From an uncultured Rhodospirillales bacterium (GTDB lineage Bacteria > Pseudomonadota > Alphaproteobacteria > Rhodospirillales > Casp-alpha2), in the NCBI GenBank assembly GCA_965602485.1, contig CBFCYM010000003.1, forward strand, positions 10,205-74,204: DNA of 64,000 nt. Direction: 5' to 3'. Shown here one piece after another: positions 8,309-17,072 of this stretch (its first letter is position 1; each line of letters begins with the position of its first letter). The position numbers were made by a program, and so were the translations under genes. A model generated the notes under the pieces. It worked only from the letters and a program-made list of their open reading frames with translations, did no database searches and was not told the origin of the DNA.

Positions 8309-9714
8309 TACGGTGCCGATTGTTTGAGGTTCTGGGCGGCGGTACGAATATCTTCGGCTTGCAACCATTCCGGTGTGCCGGTGGGGAACATGCTTGCCGC
8401 TTTGCCAGCATGATACTCGGCGTCCTTGATGTTCCTGCGCAGCAGAAACTCCTCGGCCAGGGCGAGCGAGTAATGTCCCATTTTATCCTGTCGACCATAC
8501 ACAATGGCAAGCTGGTGCCATGTGCCCGCTGCGTTACGTTCCAGCGCTAGTGCGTGGCGCAGGTTGTCTTCTGCTGCGCCCAACAGGGCCGGGTCTTCGC
8601 TTGCCAATTGTGCCTGTCCGAGTTCACGAAACAGCACCGCCGTGGGTGGGGCGAGATCAACGGCGCGTTGATATTCAGGCAAGGCTTCTATGGCGTGCCC
8701 GTGCTCGAACAGCATTTGTGCCTTGAGTTCATGGAAATAAGGGTCGTCGGGCAGCTCGGCCAATAGCTCGTCGATCAACGTGATGGCTTTGGCCAGGTCA
8801 GGTTTTCGATAATATGCAAAGGCCCGCGCATAGCGTGCCCAGATACTCTGATCACTATTGGGATAACGTCGAAGCACGGTGGCAAGGGGATAGGTATAGG
8901 CGTAGATCTTTGCCTGAATACGTTTGTGCTGAATGCGCAAATCCAACGGAAAATCCGTATTGGAGTATTTTGAGCGTTCAAGATGGGCTTCAATCGCGTT
9001 CAGGCGCTCACCACTCATGGGATGTGTGCGCATATAGGGGTCCTGCCGTGATATACTCAGCAGTTCCTGATTCTCGATCGTTTTGAGAAATGCGTACATG
9101 CCGCGTGCCGATTGCCCGACGGTATCGAGATACTTGAGCGCAGACTGATCGGCGGTTGATTCCTGGGTCCGGCTGTATTTCAGTAAATTGCGGGTGGCGC
9201 TCTGCTGGCTTCCGATTGTTGCCGCCGCGGCAACATCGCCGCGGCCGCTTAGCAGGCCCGCGCCGACACCAAGAATGGATGAGATGATACCGATATTTCT
9301 GGCCTTATCGAGCGCTTGTGCACCGCGGATCAGGTGGCCGCCGGCAATATGGCCGGTTTCATGGGCAATCACGCCAATGACCTCGCCAACCTCGTTTGCG
9401 GCCATCAGCAAGCCTGTGTGGATAAAGATATTTTGCCCACCGGTGACAAAGGCGTTAAGTGAGTTATCCTGTATTAGACGGATTCGCACGGCATCGGGGT
9501 CTAGGCCGGCGGCGACGAATAGTGGCGCTGCGTATGAACGAATGCTATTTTCCGTTTCGGCGTCGCTGATCACGATCATTTGGCCCGCCGCATTGGCCGG
9601 TTCGGGCCGTAACAAACAAACGACAAGGCTAACAATGGCAGCCGGTATGATGATGAATTTAAGCAATTTTTCCAAAACCTCTCGCTCCCGACGGAAAGGT
9701 AGTGCGCACGGCAT
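8308..9714 (-). CDS. M48-family zinc metalloprotease with C-terminal TPR repeats (BepA/YfgC-like)
   Basis: The HExxH motif is in VIAHETGHIAGGH. A signal-anchor segment (FIIIPAAIVSLVVCLLRPEPANA) is present. The TPR-like C-terminal half includes KAQMLFEHGHAIEALPEYQRAVDLAP. The true start is uncertain: the ATG at 9714 overlaps the divergent GGT-like start, and in-frame TTG codons at 9675 and 9666 are alternatives. Confidence 0.85.
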   Translation of the reverse strand: MPCALPFRREREVLEKLLKFIIIPAAIVSLVVCLLRPEPANAAGQMIVISDAETENSIRSYAAPLFVAAGLDPDAVRIRLIQDNSLNAFVTGGQNIFIHTGLLMAANEVGEVIGVIAHETGHIAGGHLIRGAQALDKARNIGIISSILGVGAGLLSGRGDVAAAATIGSQQSATRNLLKYSRTQESTADQSALKYLDTVGQSARGMYAFLKTIENQELLSISRQDPYMRTHPMSGERLNAIEAHLERSKYSNTDFPLDLRIQHKRIQAKIYAYTYPLATVLRRYPNSDQSIWARYARAFAYYRKPDLAKAITLIDELLAELPDDPYFHELKAQMLFEHGHAIEALPEYQRAVDLAPPTAVLFRELGQAQLASEDPALLGAAEDNLRHALALERNAAGTWHQLAIVYGRQDKMGHYSLALAEEFLLRRNIKDAEYHAGKAASMFPTGTPEWLQAEDIRTAAQNLKQSAP

Positions 9715-11332
9715 GCTACGTCAATTTTTGCTGAGCGCGAGTGTTGTAACACTGCTTGGCGCATGCTCGTTGGGATCAGACGAGGAAGAGCGCGGCTCGG
9801 TTGGTTTTGTTGAAGGTTTCATCGGTGGTGTTGCGGTTGACGAGCCACGCGCTGCATTGGTCGGGCGAGAAATCCTTTCGGCAGGGGGCACCGCGACGGA
9901 TGCGGCCGTTGCCATGTATTTCACGCTGGCTGTTACGTTGCCGTCGTCTGCCAGTCTCGGCGGCGGCGGGGTCTGTATCGTGCATGACAGCAAAAGCGGC
10001 GATACCAAGGCGCTGAATTTTCTGGCGCGCACGCCGCAAAGCATTCCTGCCGGGGCGACGCGGCCCAGTGCCGTGCCGGGCAACCCGCGTGGATTTTTTG
10101 CGTTGCATGCACGCTATGGCGTGCTGCGTTGGGAACAGCTACTTGCGCCGGCCGCCAATCTGGCACGATTCGGCACACCGGTTTCGCGCGCACTGGCACG
10201 TGACCTGAACGCTGCACGCGATGGCTTAAAGGCAGACCGCGCTTTTTCACATGTATTTGCCGGACCAACCCCTGGCTCACTGGTTGGTGAAGGGGACTTC
10301 CTGACACAAGTGGATCTTTCTGTGTTGATTGGCCGCATGGTGGTGCATGGGCCCGGTGATTTTTATGCAGGTCAGAGCGCGCAACAACTCATTGCTGCCG
10401 TTGCGCGTGCTGGTGGTTCGCTCAGCGCCGCAGACCTGCGCACGTATCGCCCGGTATGGAGTGATACACTGCAAGTCTCTGTCGGTGAGCATATGGCGCA
10501 TTTCTCACCACCACCAGCTGCTGCGGGGGCTGTGGCGGCCTCCATGTGGCAAATGCTTGCTGAAGATGATCGTTTTATCAATGCGTCAGCGAATTTACGC
10601 AATCATATGCTGGCTGAGACCGGCATGCGGGCTTACGCAGACCGCGCACGCTGGATGCTGGTGCAGGGCGAAACACGCTGGTCAAACGCTGATATCATCA
10701 ACAATGAGCGGTTGATCCGTGATATGGCGAGCTATAGCGCCACGCGGCATACGGCAGCGGCAGATCTGACGCAGAAACCTGTGAGTGTTCCTGAAAACCC
10801 GGCTGGGGCCAGTTTCGTTGTGGCCGATCGTGACGGCGGTGCCGTGGCGTGTGGGTTGAGCATGAACAATCTGTTTGGCACTGGGCGTATTGCGCCGGGT
10901 ACCGGCATTGTGCTCGCCACTGTACCGGGGCAGGGCGGTCGTGGTCCACTGTCACTCGGCCCTATGATGATTACCAATCCCTATACCAACAAGTTGTTCT
11001 GGGCCGGTGCTGCAAGCGGTGGCGTCGCCGCGCCGACGTCTCTGATGAATGTTGCGGCCCGTGCCATTCTGGCAGAGCGACCCTTGCGCGAGGCCATGGG
11101 GACCAAACGTGTGCATCACAGTGGCGCGCCGGACGAGACCTATTACGAAGCGGATATGGACCCAGCCGAAATTCAGGAACTGGTGAGCCGTGGGCATACG
11201 CTTAAAGCTGCCCCTGTCATTGGCCGGGTCAATGCGTTCTATTGCTTTAATGGGCTGCCAGAGAACCCTGAAAGCTGTGACGCCATGACGGACCCGCGTG
11301 GGTTCGGCCTGTCACTGGTTTCTGGCGAATAA
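9713..11332 (+). CDS. Gamma-glutamyltransferase-family lipoprotein (apparently degenerate active site)
   Basis: ORF 9188..11332, but the first 525 nt are antisense to the M48 gene. The real start is the ATG at 9713 (MLRQFLLSASVVTLLGAC, with a lipobox). GGT-family N-terminal strings are present: GGTATDAAVAMYFTLAVTLPSSASLGGGGVCIVHD. At the position of the autoprocessing TTH(Y/L)SVVD motif the protein reads GASFVVADRDGGAV. Confidence 0.8.
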   Translation: MLRQFLLSASVVTLLGACSLGSDEEERGSVGFVEGFIGGVAVDEPRAALVGREILSAGGTATDAAVAMYFTLAVTLPSSASLGGGGVCIVHDSKSGDTKALNFLARTPQSIPAGATRPSAVPGNPRGFFALHARYGVLRWEQLLAPAANLARFGTPVSRALARDLNAARDGLKADRAFSHVFAGPTPGSLVGEGDFLTQVDLSVLIGRMVVHGPGDFYAGQSAQQLIAAVARAGGSLSAADLRTYRPVWSDTLQVSVGEHMAHFSPPPAAAGAVAASMWQMLAEDDRFINASANLRNHMLAETGMRAYADRARWMLVQGETRWSNADIINNERLIRDMASYSATRHTAAADLTQKPVSVPENPAGASFVVADRDGGAVACGLSMNNLFGTGRIAPGTGIVLATVPGQGGRGPLSLGPMMITNPYTNKLFWAGAASGGVAAPTSLMNVAARAILAERPLREAMGTKRVHHSGAPDETYYEADMDPAEIQELVSRGHTLKAAPVIGRVNAFYCFNGLPENPESCDAMTDPRGFGLSLVSGE

Positions 11333-11353
11333 CAAAGCAAGGAGAGACCGAGC

Positions 11354-12502
11354 GTGGCACTAAAGACGTCGCAACGTGGAAATGTGCCACCTTTCATCGT
11401 CATGGACGTTGTGCAGGCCGCCGCGCAGCGCGAGGCCGTAGGCGAGCATGTCGTGCATCTTGAGATCGGCCAGCCCGCCACCAGCGCCCCTGCCGGGGTG
11501 ATCGCAGCAGCGCAAGCTGCGCTGCACAGTGAGCGGATCGGTTACACCGTTGCCTTGGGTATCCCTGAGCTGCGCGACGCCATTGCGCGGCATTACCACG
11601 ATTTTTATGGCCAGAGCGTACCGGCTGAACGCATTGTTGTAACCACAGGGTCTTCAGGCGCGTTCCTGCTGAGCTTTTTATCTGCATTTGATGCCGGTGA
11701 CCGTGTTGCGCTGGCAAGCCCTGGATATCCGGCCTATCGCAATATTTTGCGGGCAGTGGGGGTTGAGGTCATTGACCTGCTCAGTGGGCCAGAGACGAAC
11801 TTCCAGCCCACGCCAGCGATGCTTGATGCCGTAGAGGGTGAAATTGATGGCCTGATTATTGCCAGCCCATCAAATCCGGCAGGCACGATGATCCATCGCG
11901 ATGAATTCAAGGCGTTGGTGGATTTTTGTGGCACGCGTGGCATCCGCTTGATTTCCGACGAAATTTATCATGGTCTGAGTTATGAGGAAGACGCCGAAAC
12001 GGCACTGGCATTCAGCAGCGACGCGATCATCATCAACAGCTTTTCAAAATATTTTTCTATGACAGGTTGGCGGCTTGGCTGGATGGTTGTGCCGCAAGAT
12101 ATACTGCGTTCTGTTGAATGTCTGGCGCAGAATCTATTTATTTCACCACCGACCTTATCGCAGCACGCCGCTGTGGCGGCATTTGACTGCACAGACGAAA
12201 TCAAGGCCAACATGCAGCGCTACAGGGCCAATCGTGCTTTACTGCTCGACGCGCTTCCCAAGGCAGGGTTTGATAAGCTGGCCTCGGCAGATGGGGCTTT
12301 TTACATCTATGCCGATGTGACTGAGTTAACCAACGACAGTACCGTGTTCTGTCAGCGCATGCTTGATGAAGCAGGTGTCGCAGCCACGCCGGGTGTGGAT
12401 TTCGATCCATCGCGCGGTAACCGCTATGTGCGGTTTTCATTTGCCGGATCGACTGAGGATATGGCCTTGGCGGCTCAACGCCTGAAAGACTGGCTGAAAT
12501 AG
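11354..12502 (+). CDS. Class I/II pyridoxal-phosphate-dependent aminotransferase
   Basis: The GTG start at 11354 follows AAGGAGAG. Family strings include PPFIVMDVV, IGQP and SNPAGT. The PLP-lysine context is NSFSKYFSMTGWRLGW. Confidence 0.85.
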   Translation: MALKTSQRGNVPPFIVMDVVQAAAQREAVGEHVVHLEIGQPATSAPAGVIAAAQAALHSERIGYTVALGIPELRDAIARHYHDFYGQSVPAERIVVTTGSSGAFLLSFLSAFDAGDRVALASPGYPAYRNILRAVGVEVIDLLSGPETNFQPTPAMLDAVEGEIDGLIIASPSNPAGTMIHRDEFKALVDFCGTRGIRLISDEIYHGLSYEEDAETALAFSSDAIIINSFSKYFSMTGWRLGWMVVPQDILRSVECLAQNLFISPPTLSQHAAVAAFDCTDEIKANMQRYRANRALLLDALPKAGFDKLASADGAFYIYADVTELTNDSTVFCQRMLDEAGVAATPGVDFDPSRGNRYVRFSFAGSTEDMALAAQRLKDWLK

Positions 12503-12540
12503 AAAACGCCCGACGGGAGTATTTCCGCGCCGGGCGTTTT
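12503..12540. terminator. Bidirectional rho-independent terminator between the aminotransferase gene and rne
   Basis: A perfect 10-bp stem, AAAACGCCCG ... CGGGCGTTTT, has A/T runs on both flanks. It sits between two convergent genes. Confidence 0.8.
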
Positions 12541-12592
12541 AACAGTCTTTCTAATCAGAGTTCGTGACCCCGGTAGATTTAGATCGTGGCAT

Positions 12593-15079
12593 TCAACGTC
12601 GCCACCAACCACCCTTTTTGGTTTCGGCGGGTTTGTCCTCAGCGTCAGCACCGACAACGATAACATTGGTTTTTGCCGCTTCGGCTGCTTCGGCACTATC
12701 GTTCGAGGCAACGGCAGCCGTCTGTTCGGGTTGCGCTGGTGCGGCTTCGACGACCTGAGCCACAACGGGCTCGGCCGTGACGGCAGGGGACACTGCCGTG
12801 ACCTCAGCTTCGGGTTCAACAATCTTCTTGCGTGAACGCCGGACCCGCTTTGGCTTGTCTTCGGCCTGCTCAGGTTCAATAGCCTCTGCAGATGCAGCAG
12901 GGGCTGCGGCATCGTCATTGGCCGGAGCATCAACGCTGACGTTGGCCGTATCTTCGTTCGCAGCTTCAGAGGCATTGGAGCGGCGACGGCGAGGGCGACG
13001 TTTTTTAGGCCCATCTTCGGACGTTACGTCGTCGTTATCGGTTGCCGCACTGGCAACGCCAGATGTTGACGGTTCGCTTGTCGCGCTGGATGCGGCATCA
13101 GGGCTACCCTCGGCGACATTGGGGGCATTTGAATCCGTGGCCTGCGTATTCTCGTTTGCCTCGCCCTCGCGTGAACGCGAACGGCGACGACCACCACGGC
13201 GACCACGGCGGCGTTTTTTTGGTGCAGCCTCTTCATCGCCACCGGAGCCTTCGCCCTCGTTAGCAACGGCGTCTTTGGCGGTTTCTTCTTCGCTGGCTGT
13301 GTTTTCGCCAATGGATGTTTCGTTTACCTCATCCTCGCCACCACCACCACGCCGACGACGCGGGCGCCGACGACGGCGTTTCTTTGAGGCGTCATCATCG
13401 TCACTGGTCTCGGCTTCGGCTTCGAGTTGCTCGAGGTGATTTTCACCTGCCGTTTCCGACTTGATGCGGTCAATACGGTGATCAGGTGCGATCAGTGAAT
13501 CGTCGCTGGCAAGGAACACCGAGAAGTTATAGCGGGTTTCGATGTCGGCCAATGCGGCGCGTTTCTGGTTCAGGATGTAGAGCGCGATATTGGTCGCCAT
13601 ATGAACCGTGATGGATGATGAACGTCCGCGCATACCTTCTTCTTCGATGGCGCGGATAATGCTCAGTGCAGCCGATCCGACCGAACGCATGGCACCTGTA
13701 CCCTGACAATGCGGGCAGGGCTCTGTGCTGGATTCCATCAGGCTGGGGCGCAGTCGTTGACGCGACAGTTCCATCAGGCCGAAGGGGCTGATGCGACCGA
13801 TCTGGATGCGTGCCCGGTCGTGCTTCATGGCATCCTTGAGCATGCGCTCGACTTTGACCTGATTGCGATGGATTTCCATATCGATGAAATCGATCACGAC
13901 CAGACCAGCGAGGTCACGCAGACGCAACTGGCGGGCAACCTCTTCGGCTGCTTCCATATTGGTCTGGAGCGCGGTTTCCTCAATATTGCGTTCCTTGGTC
14001 GCACGACCAGAGTTCACATCGATAGCGACCAGTGCTTCGGTCTGGTTGATCACCAGATAACCGCCGGACTTCAGCTGCACCGTGGGCTCATGCATGGCAT
14101 CAAGCTGGCTTTCCACCTGATAACGGTGGAACAGCGGAACGGCTTCATCCTTATAGGGCTGCACCCGCTTGGTGTGGCTCGGGATCAACAACTTCATGAA
14201 GTCCTTGGCCGTACGGTAGCCTTCGTTGCCATCAATCACGATCTCCTCGATATCCTTCGAGTAAAGATCGCGGATGCTGCGCTTGATCAGGTTGCCTTCT
14301 TCGTAGACGACACACGGCGCAATGGAATCAAGCGTGGTTTCACGCACCTGATTCCATAATCGCATCAGATAGTCGTAGTCGCGCTTGATCTCGGCTTTTG
14401 TTCGCGTTGAACCAGCCGTGCGCACGATAACGGCGACACCGGCGGGAATTTCCAGCTCTTTCAGGATCGATTTCAGACGACGTCGATCTGTGGTGTTGGC
14501 GATCTTGCGCGAGATGCCGCCACCACGTGCGGTGTTGGGCATTAATACGCAATACCGGCCGGGCAGGGAGATATAGGATGTTAGCGCAGCGCCTTTGTTG
14601 CCGCGCTCTTCCTTGACCACCTGGACCAGCAGAATCTGGCGACGCTTGATGACTTCCTGGATTTTGTAGACCTTGCGTGACGGTGCAGGCCGACGAGCTT
14701 CGACTTCATCACTGTCGTCGCCGCCAACGCTTTCAACACTAGCCTCATCGGTGCTGGCATCATCATCGTCATCGTTGTCATCGCCTACGGCTTCACGCTG
14801 CTCAGCCAGAATGGCTTCGCGATCAGCGACGGGAATTTGATAGTAATCAGGATGAATTTCACTGAAAGACAGAAAGCCATGACGGTTTCCGCCGAAATCG
14901 ACGAACGCCGCCTGCAGCGAGGGTTCAACCCGCGTTACTTTGGCCAGATAGATATTGCTCTTTAGCTGCCTTTTGGATTCGACCTCTACATCAAAGTCTT
15001 CGAGACGGTTTCCGCTGACCACCACAACGCGGGTTTCTTCCGCGTGCGTGGTGTCGATTAACATACGTTTTGTAGACAT
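12593..15079 (-). CDS. rne: Ribonuclease E
   Basis: 828 aa. The N-terminus is MSTKRMLIDTTHAEETRVVVV...NIYLAKVTRVEPSLQAAFVDFGGNRHGFL (S1 domain). An acidic insert (DDNDDDDDASTDE) is present. The catalytic core includes VAIDVNSG, and a CPxCxGxG Zn-link is present. The C-terminal third is low-complexity Arg-rich/acidic sequence. Confidence 0.95.
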   Translation of the reverse strand: MSTKRMLIDTTHAEETRVVVVSGNRLEDFDVEVESKRQLKSNIYLAKVTRVEPSLQAAFVDFGGNRHGFLSFSEIHPDYYQIPVADREAILAEQREAVGDDNDDDDDASTDEASVESVGGDDSDEVEARRPAPSRKVYKIQEVIKRRQILLVQVVKEERGNKGAALTSYISLPGRYCVLMPNTARGGGISRKIANTTDRRRLKSILKELEIPAGVAVIVRTAGSTRTKAEIKRDYDYLMRLWNQVRETTLDSIAPCVVYEEGNLIKRSIRDLYSKDIEEIVIDGNEGYRTAKDFMKLLIPSHTKRVQPYKDEAVPLFHRYQVESQLDAMHEPTVQLKSGGYLVINQTEALVAIDVNSGRATKERNIEETALQTNMEAAEEVARQLRLRDLAGLVVIDFIDMEIHRNQVKVERMLKDAMKHDRARIQIGRISPFGLMELSRQRLRPSLMESSTEPCPHCQGTGAMRSVGSAALSIIRAIEEEGMRGRSSSITVHMATNIALYILNQKRAALADIETRYNFSVFLASDDSLIAPDHRIDRIKSETAGENHLEQLEAEAETSDDDDASKKRRRRRPRRRRGGGGEDEVNETSIGENTASEEETAKDAVANEGEGSGGDEEAAPKKRRRGRRGGRRRSRSREGEANENTQATDSNAPNVAEGSPDAASSATSEPSTSGVASAATDNDDVTSEDGPKKRRPRRRRSNASEAANEDTANVSVDAPANDDAAAPAASAEAIEPEQAEDKPKRVRRSRKKIVEPEAEVTAVSPAVTAEPVVAQVVEAAPAQPEQTAAVASNDSAEAAEAAKTNVIVVGADAEDKPAETKKGGWWRR

Positions 15080-15565
15080 TAAGAATTGAACTCCGGTTAT
15101 CCTCCGTCGGAGACGCGCTTGGCGTCGTGGCCGTGGAGGACGATATTGGATGTATGCCGGAGGCGCGAGCCACGGACGAATCGTCCCGCAGCGTAATCGC
15201 TGCAGGGTTCGTTATAAAATCGCGCGTATATTCAACCGGCATAGTACACCTTGTTGTCCGCCCTTCGGATCCGCGAATAAAACGCGGGCGTTAAGGGCGA
15301 CATTGATCGTGACGACGGCGTCATCACGGGAAAAACTCATGACGCGGTTCAGGTTAACTGATTGAAAATTCGTGGCTCTTGGCCTACGAACTCCCCCCTA
15401 CCGCTACGGCATTAACATAACCGCAGTAAATTAGTTCGACAATCACGTTATGTGTGTCTGACGTGAAAGTCGAGCGTTGTAATCACGAAAGGCGCGTAAA
15501 CCTGCACGAGAGCCCATCATGAGCGTTGCGGTTCGCGCCTTCACGGCGGTATATGTAGGTTTAAT
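15080..15565 (-). promoter_or_regulatory. Long rne leader / divergent rne-amiC control region
   Basis: This is a 486-bp non-coding gap upstream of rne with several short hairpins, for example GTGACGACggcGTCATCAC. Long structured autoregulatory 5' UTRs are established for rne in other bacteria. Here the transcription start site is unknown. Confidence 0.4.
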
Positions 15566-16939
15566 GTGGCTGAAACACAATACCTTGGGGCGAATCGAAT
15601 GATGAGACGGATGATCAGTGTTGTGGCGCGGTATGCTGCTCTGATCGTTGTAGCCCTAGGGCTACAGCCCGCATACGCCGCCGAGGTCGTGGTTACCGAT
15701 GCGCGCGTCGGCCACCACGCGGACAAGACCCGATTCGTGCTTGATATGAGCCGTGGCGTCGATATTCGGTTCTTTATGCTCGATAACCCATACCGGGTGG
15801 TTCTTGATTTGCCCGAGGTCGGCTGGCGCCTTCCCGCACAGCCTTTGCCCGGTCCAACCGGGGTATTCCGCACCATGCGGTATGGGCTTTATCAGCCTGG
15901 TCAATCGCGCATCGTGGTGGAAACCAGCGGCCCGGTCAGCGTAAAGACAGCGTTTTTCCTAAAACCCATGGCGGACGGAGGCTCTCGCTTCGTGCTTGAT
16001 CTGGTGCCGGTGGAGGCCAGCGTGTTTGCGGGCGCGATGAGCCGCTCTGCCACGGTACAGCCCGGCACGCCAGGATATGCCAATCCACAACAGTCATGGG
16101 TGAGCACCACAAACAGCGCAGCGCAATCACCAACAACCACTACCCAGCCTCAGCCCCAACCCATCGCGCAAGCGCCGGTTCAGGTCTCGGCACTCGAGGC
16201 CCGGTTCCAGCCAGCACCACGCAAGCCGGTCTATCAACCACATGTGAAGCGCGTGGTGGTTATTGATGCGGGGCACGGTGGGGCTGACCCGGGCACCATT
16301 GGTACGTCTGGTGTCTATGAGAAAAATATAACGGTCGCCGCGGCGCGCGCCATGAAGGCGCATCTGGAAGCCAGCGGGCGATACAAGGTGGTGCTGACGC
16401 GCGAACGCGATGTGTTTATTCGTCTGCGTGAGCGGGTCGCCAAGGCACGCAAGGCCGGTGCTGAGTTGTTCATTTCCGTGCATGCAGATTCCATTAAGGA
16501 TCGTTCCGTGCGCGGGGCTTCGATCTACACGCTGTCTGAAACGGCGTCCGATAAGGAAGCCGCCGCGCTGGCGGAAAAGGAAAACAAGGCCGATCTGATC
16601 GGCACCATGGACCTGAACGTGCAGGAACCTGATATTGCCAACATCCTGATTGATCTGGCGCAACGCGAATCCATGAATGAATCGGCACGCTTCGCCAATA
16701 TTTTGGTGAAGGAACTCAAACGCTCCACCAAGATATTGCGTAAACCGCATCGTTTTGCCGGGTTTGCCGTGCTCAAGGCACCCGATGTGCCGTCCGTGCT
16801 GGTGGAAATGGGCTTTCTGTCCAACAAGAGCGATGAAAAAAACCTGCAATCGAAGGCTTTTCGTAAAAAACTTGCTCAGGTTATGCTTCAGGCCGTTGAT
16901 CGTTATTTTACGCAGGTCCAGCAGGCAAATTCCAATTAA
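15566..16939 (+). CDS. amiC: N-acetylmuramoyl-L-alanine amidase with AMIN domain
   Basis: The AMIN-like N-terminus is RVGHHADKTRFVLDMSRGVDIRFFMLDNPYRVVLDLPEV. A Pro/Gln-rich linker follows. The Amidase_3 domain has VVIDAGHGGADPGT ... ELFISVHADS ... VLVEMGFLSN. The ORF opens with a GTG at 15566; the in-frame ATG at 15599 is an alternative start. Confidence 0.9.
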   Translation: MAETQYLGANRMMRRMISVVARYAALIVVALGLQPAYAAEVVVTDARVGHHADKTRFVLDMSRGVDIRFFMLDNPYRVVLDLPEVGWRLPAQPLPGPTGVFRTMRYGLYQPGQSRIVVETSGPVSVKTAFFLKPMADGGSRFVLDLVPVEASVFAGAMSRSATVQPGTPGYANPQQSWVSTTNSAAQSPTTTTQPQPQPIAQAPVQVSALEARFQPAPRKPVYQPHVKRVVVIDAGHGGADPGTIGTSGVYEKNITVAAARAMKAHLEASGRYKVVLTRERDVFIRLRERVAKARKAGAELFISVHADSIKDRSVRGASIYTLSETASDKEAAALAEKENKADLIGTMDLNVQEPDIANILIDLAQRESMNESARFANILVKELKRSTKILRKPHRFAGFAVLKAPDVPSVLVEMGFLSNKSDEKNLQSKAFRKKLAQVMLQAVDRYFTQVQQANSN

Positions 16940-17072
16940 CCGGCAAACAATGACATCTTTGCCCCTGTTTCGCCGCATTTCTCCATCAGGTTTCTGACAG
17001 GAATATGGGATAAACGTCGGTGCCAATGCCCGTTTGACGTGGGCGTACAACAATCCCAGACTGGCGGGTACA

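Noticed and set aside
9188-9712. The N-terminal 175 codons of the 714-aa ORF 9188..11332.
   Set aside because: This part is antisense to the M48 protease gene and has no GGT similarity. A lipoprotein signal peptide begins at the ATG at 9713.
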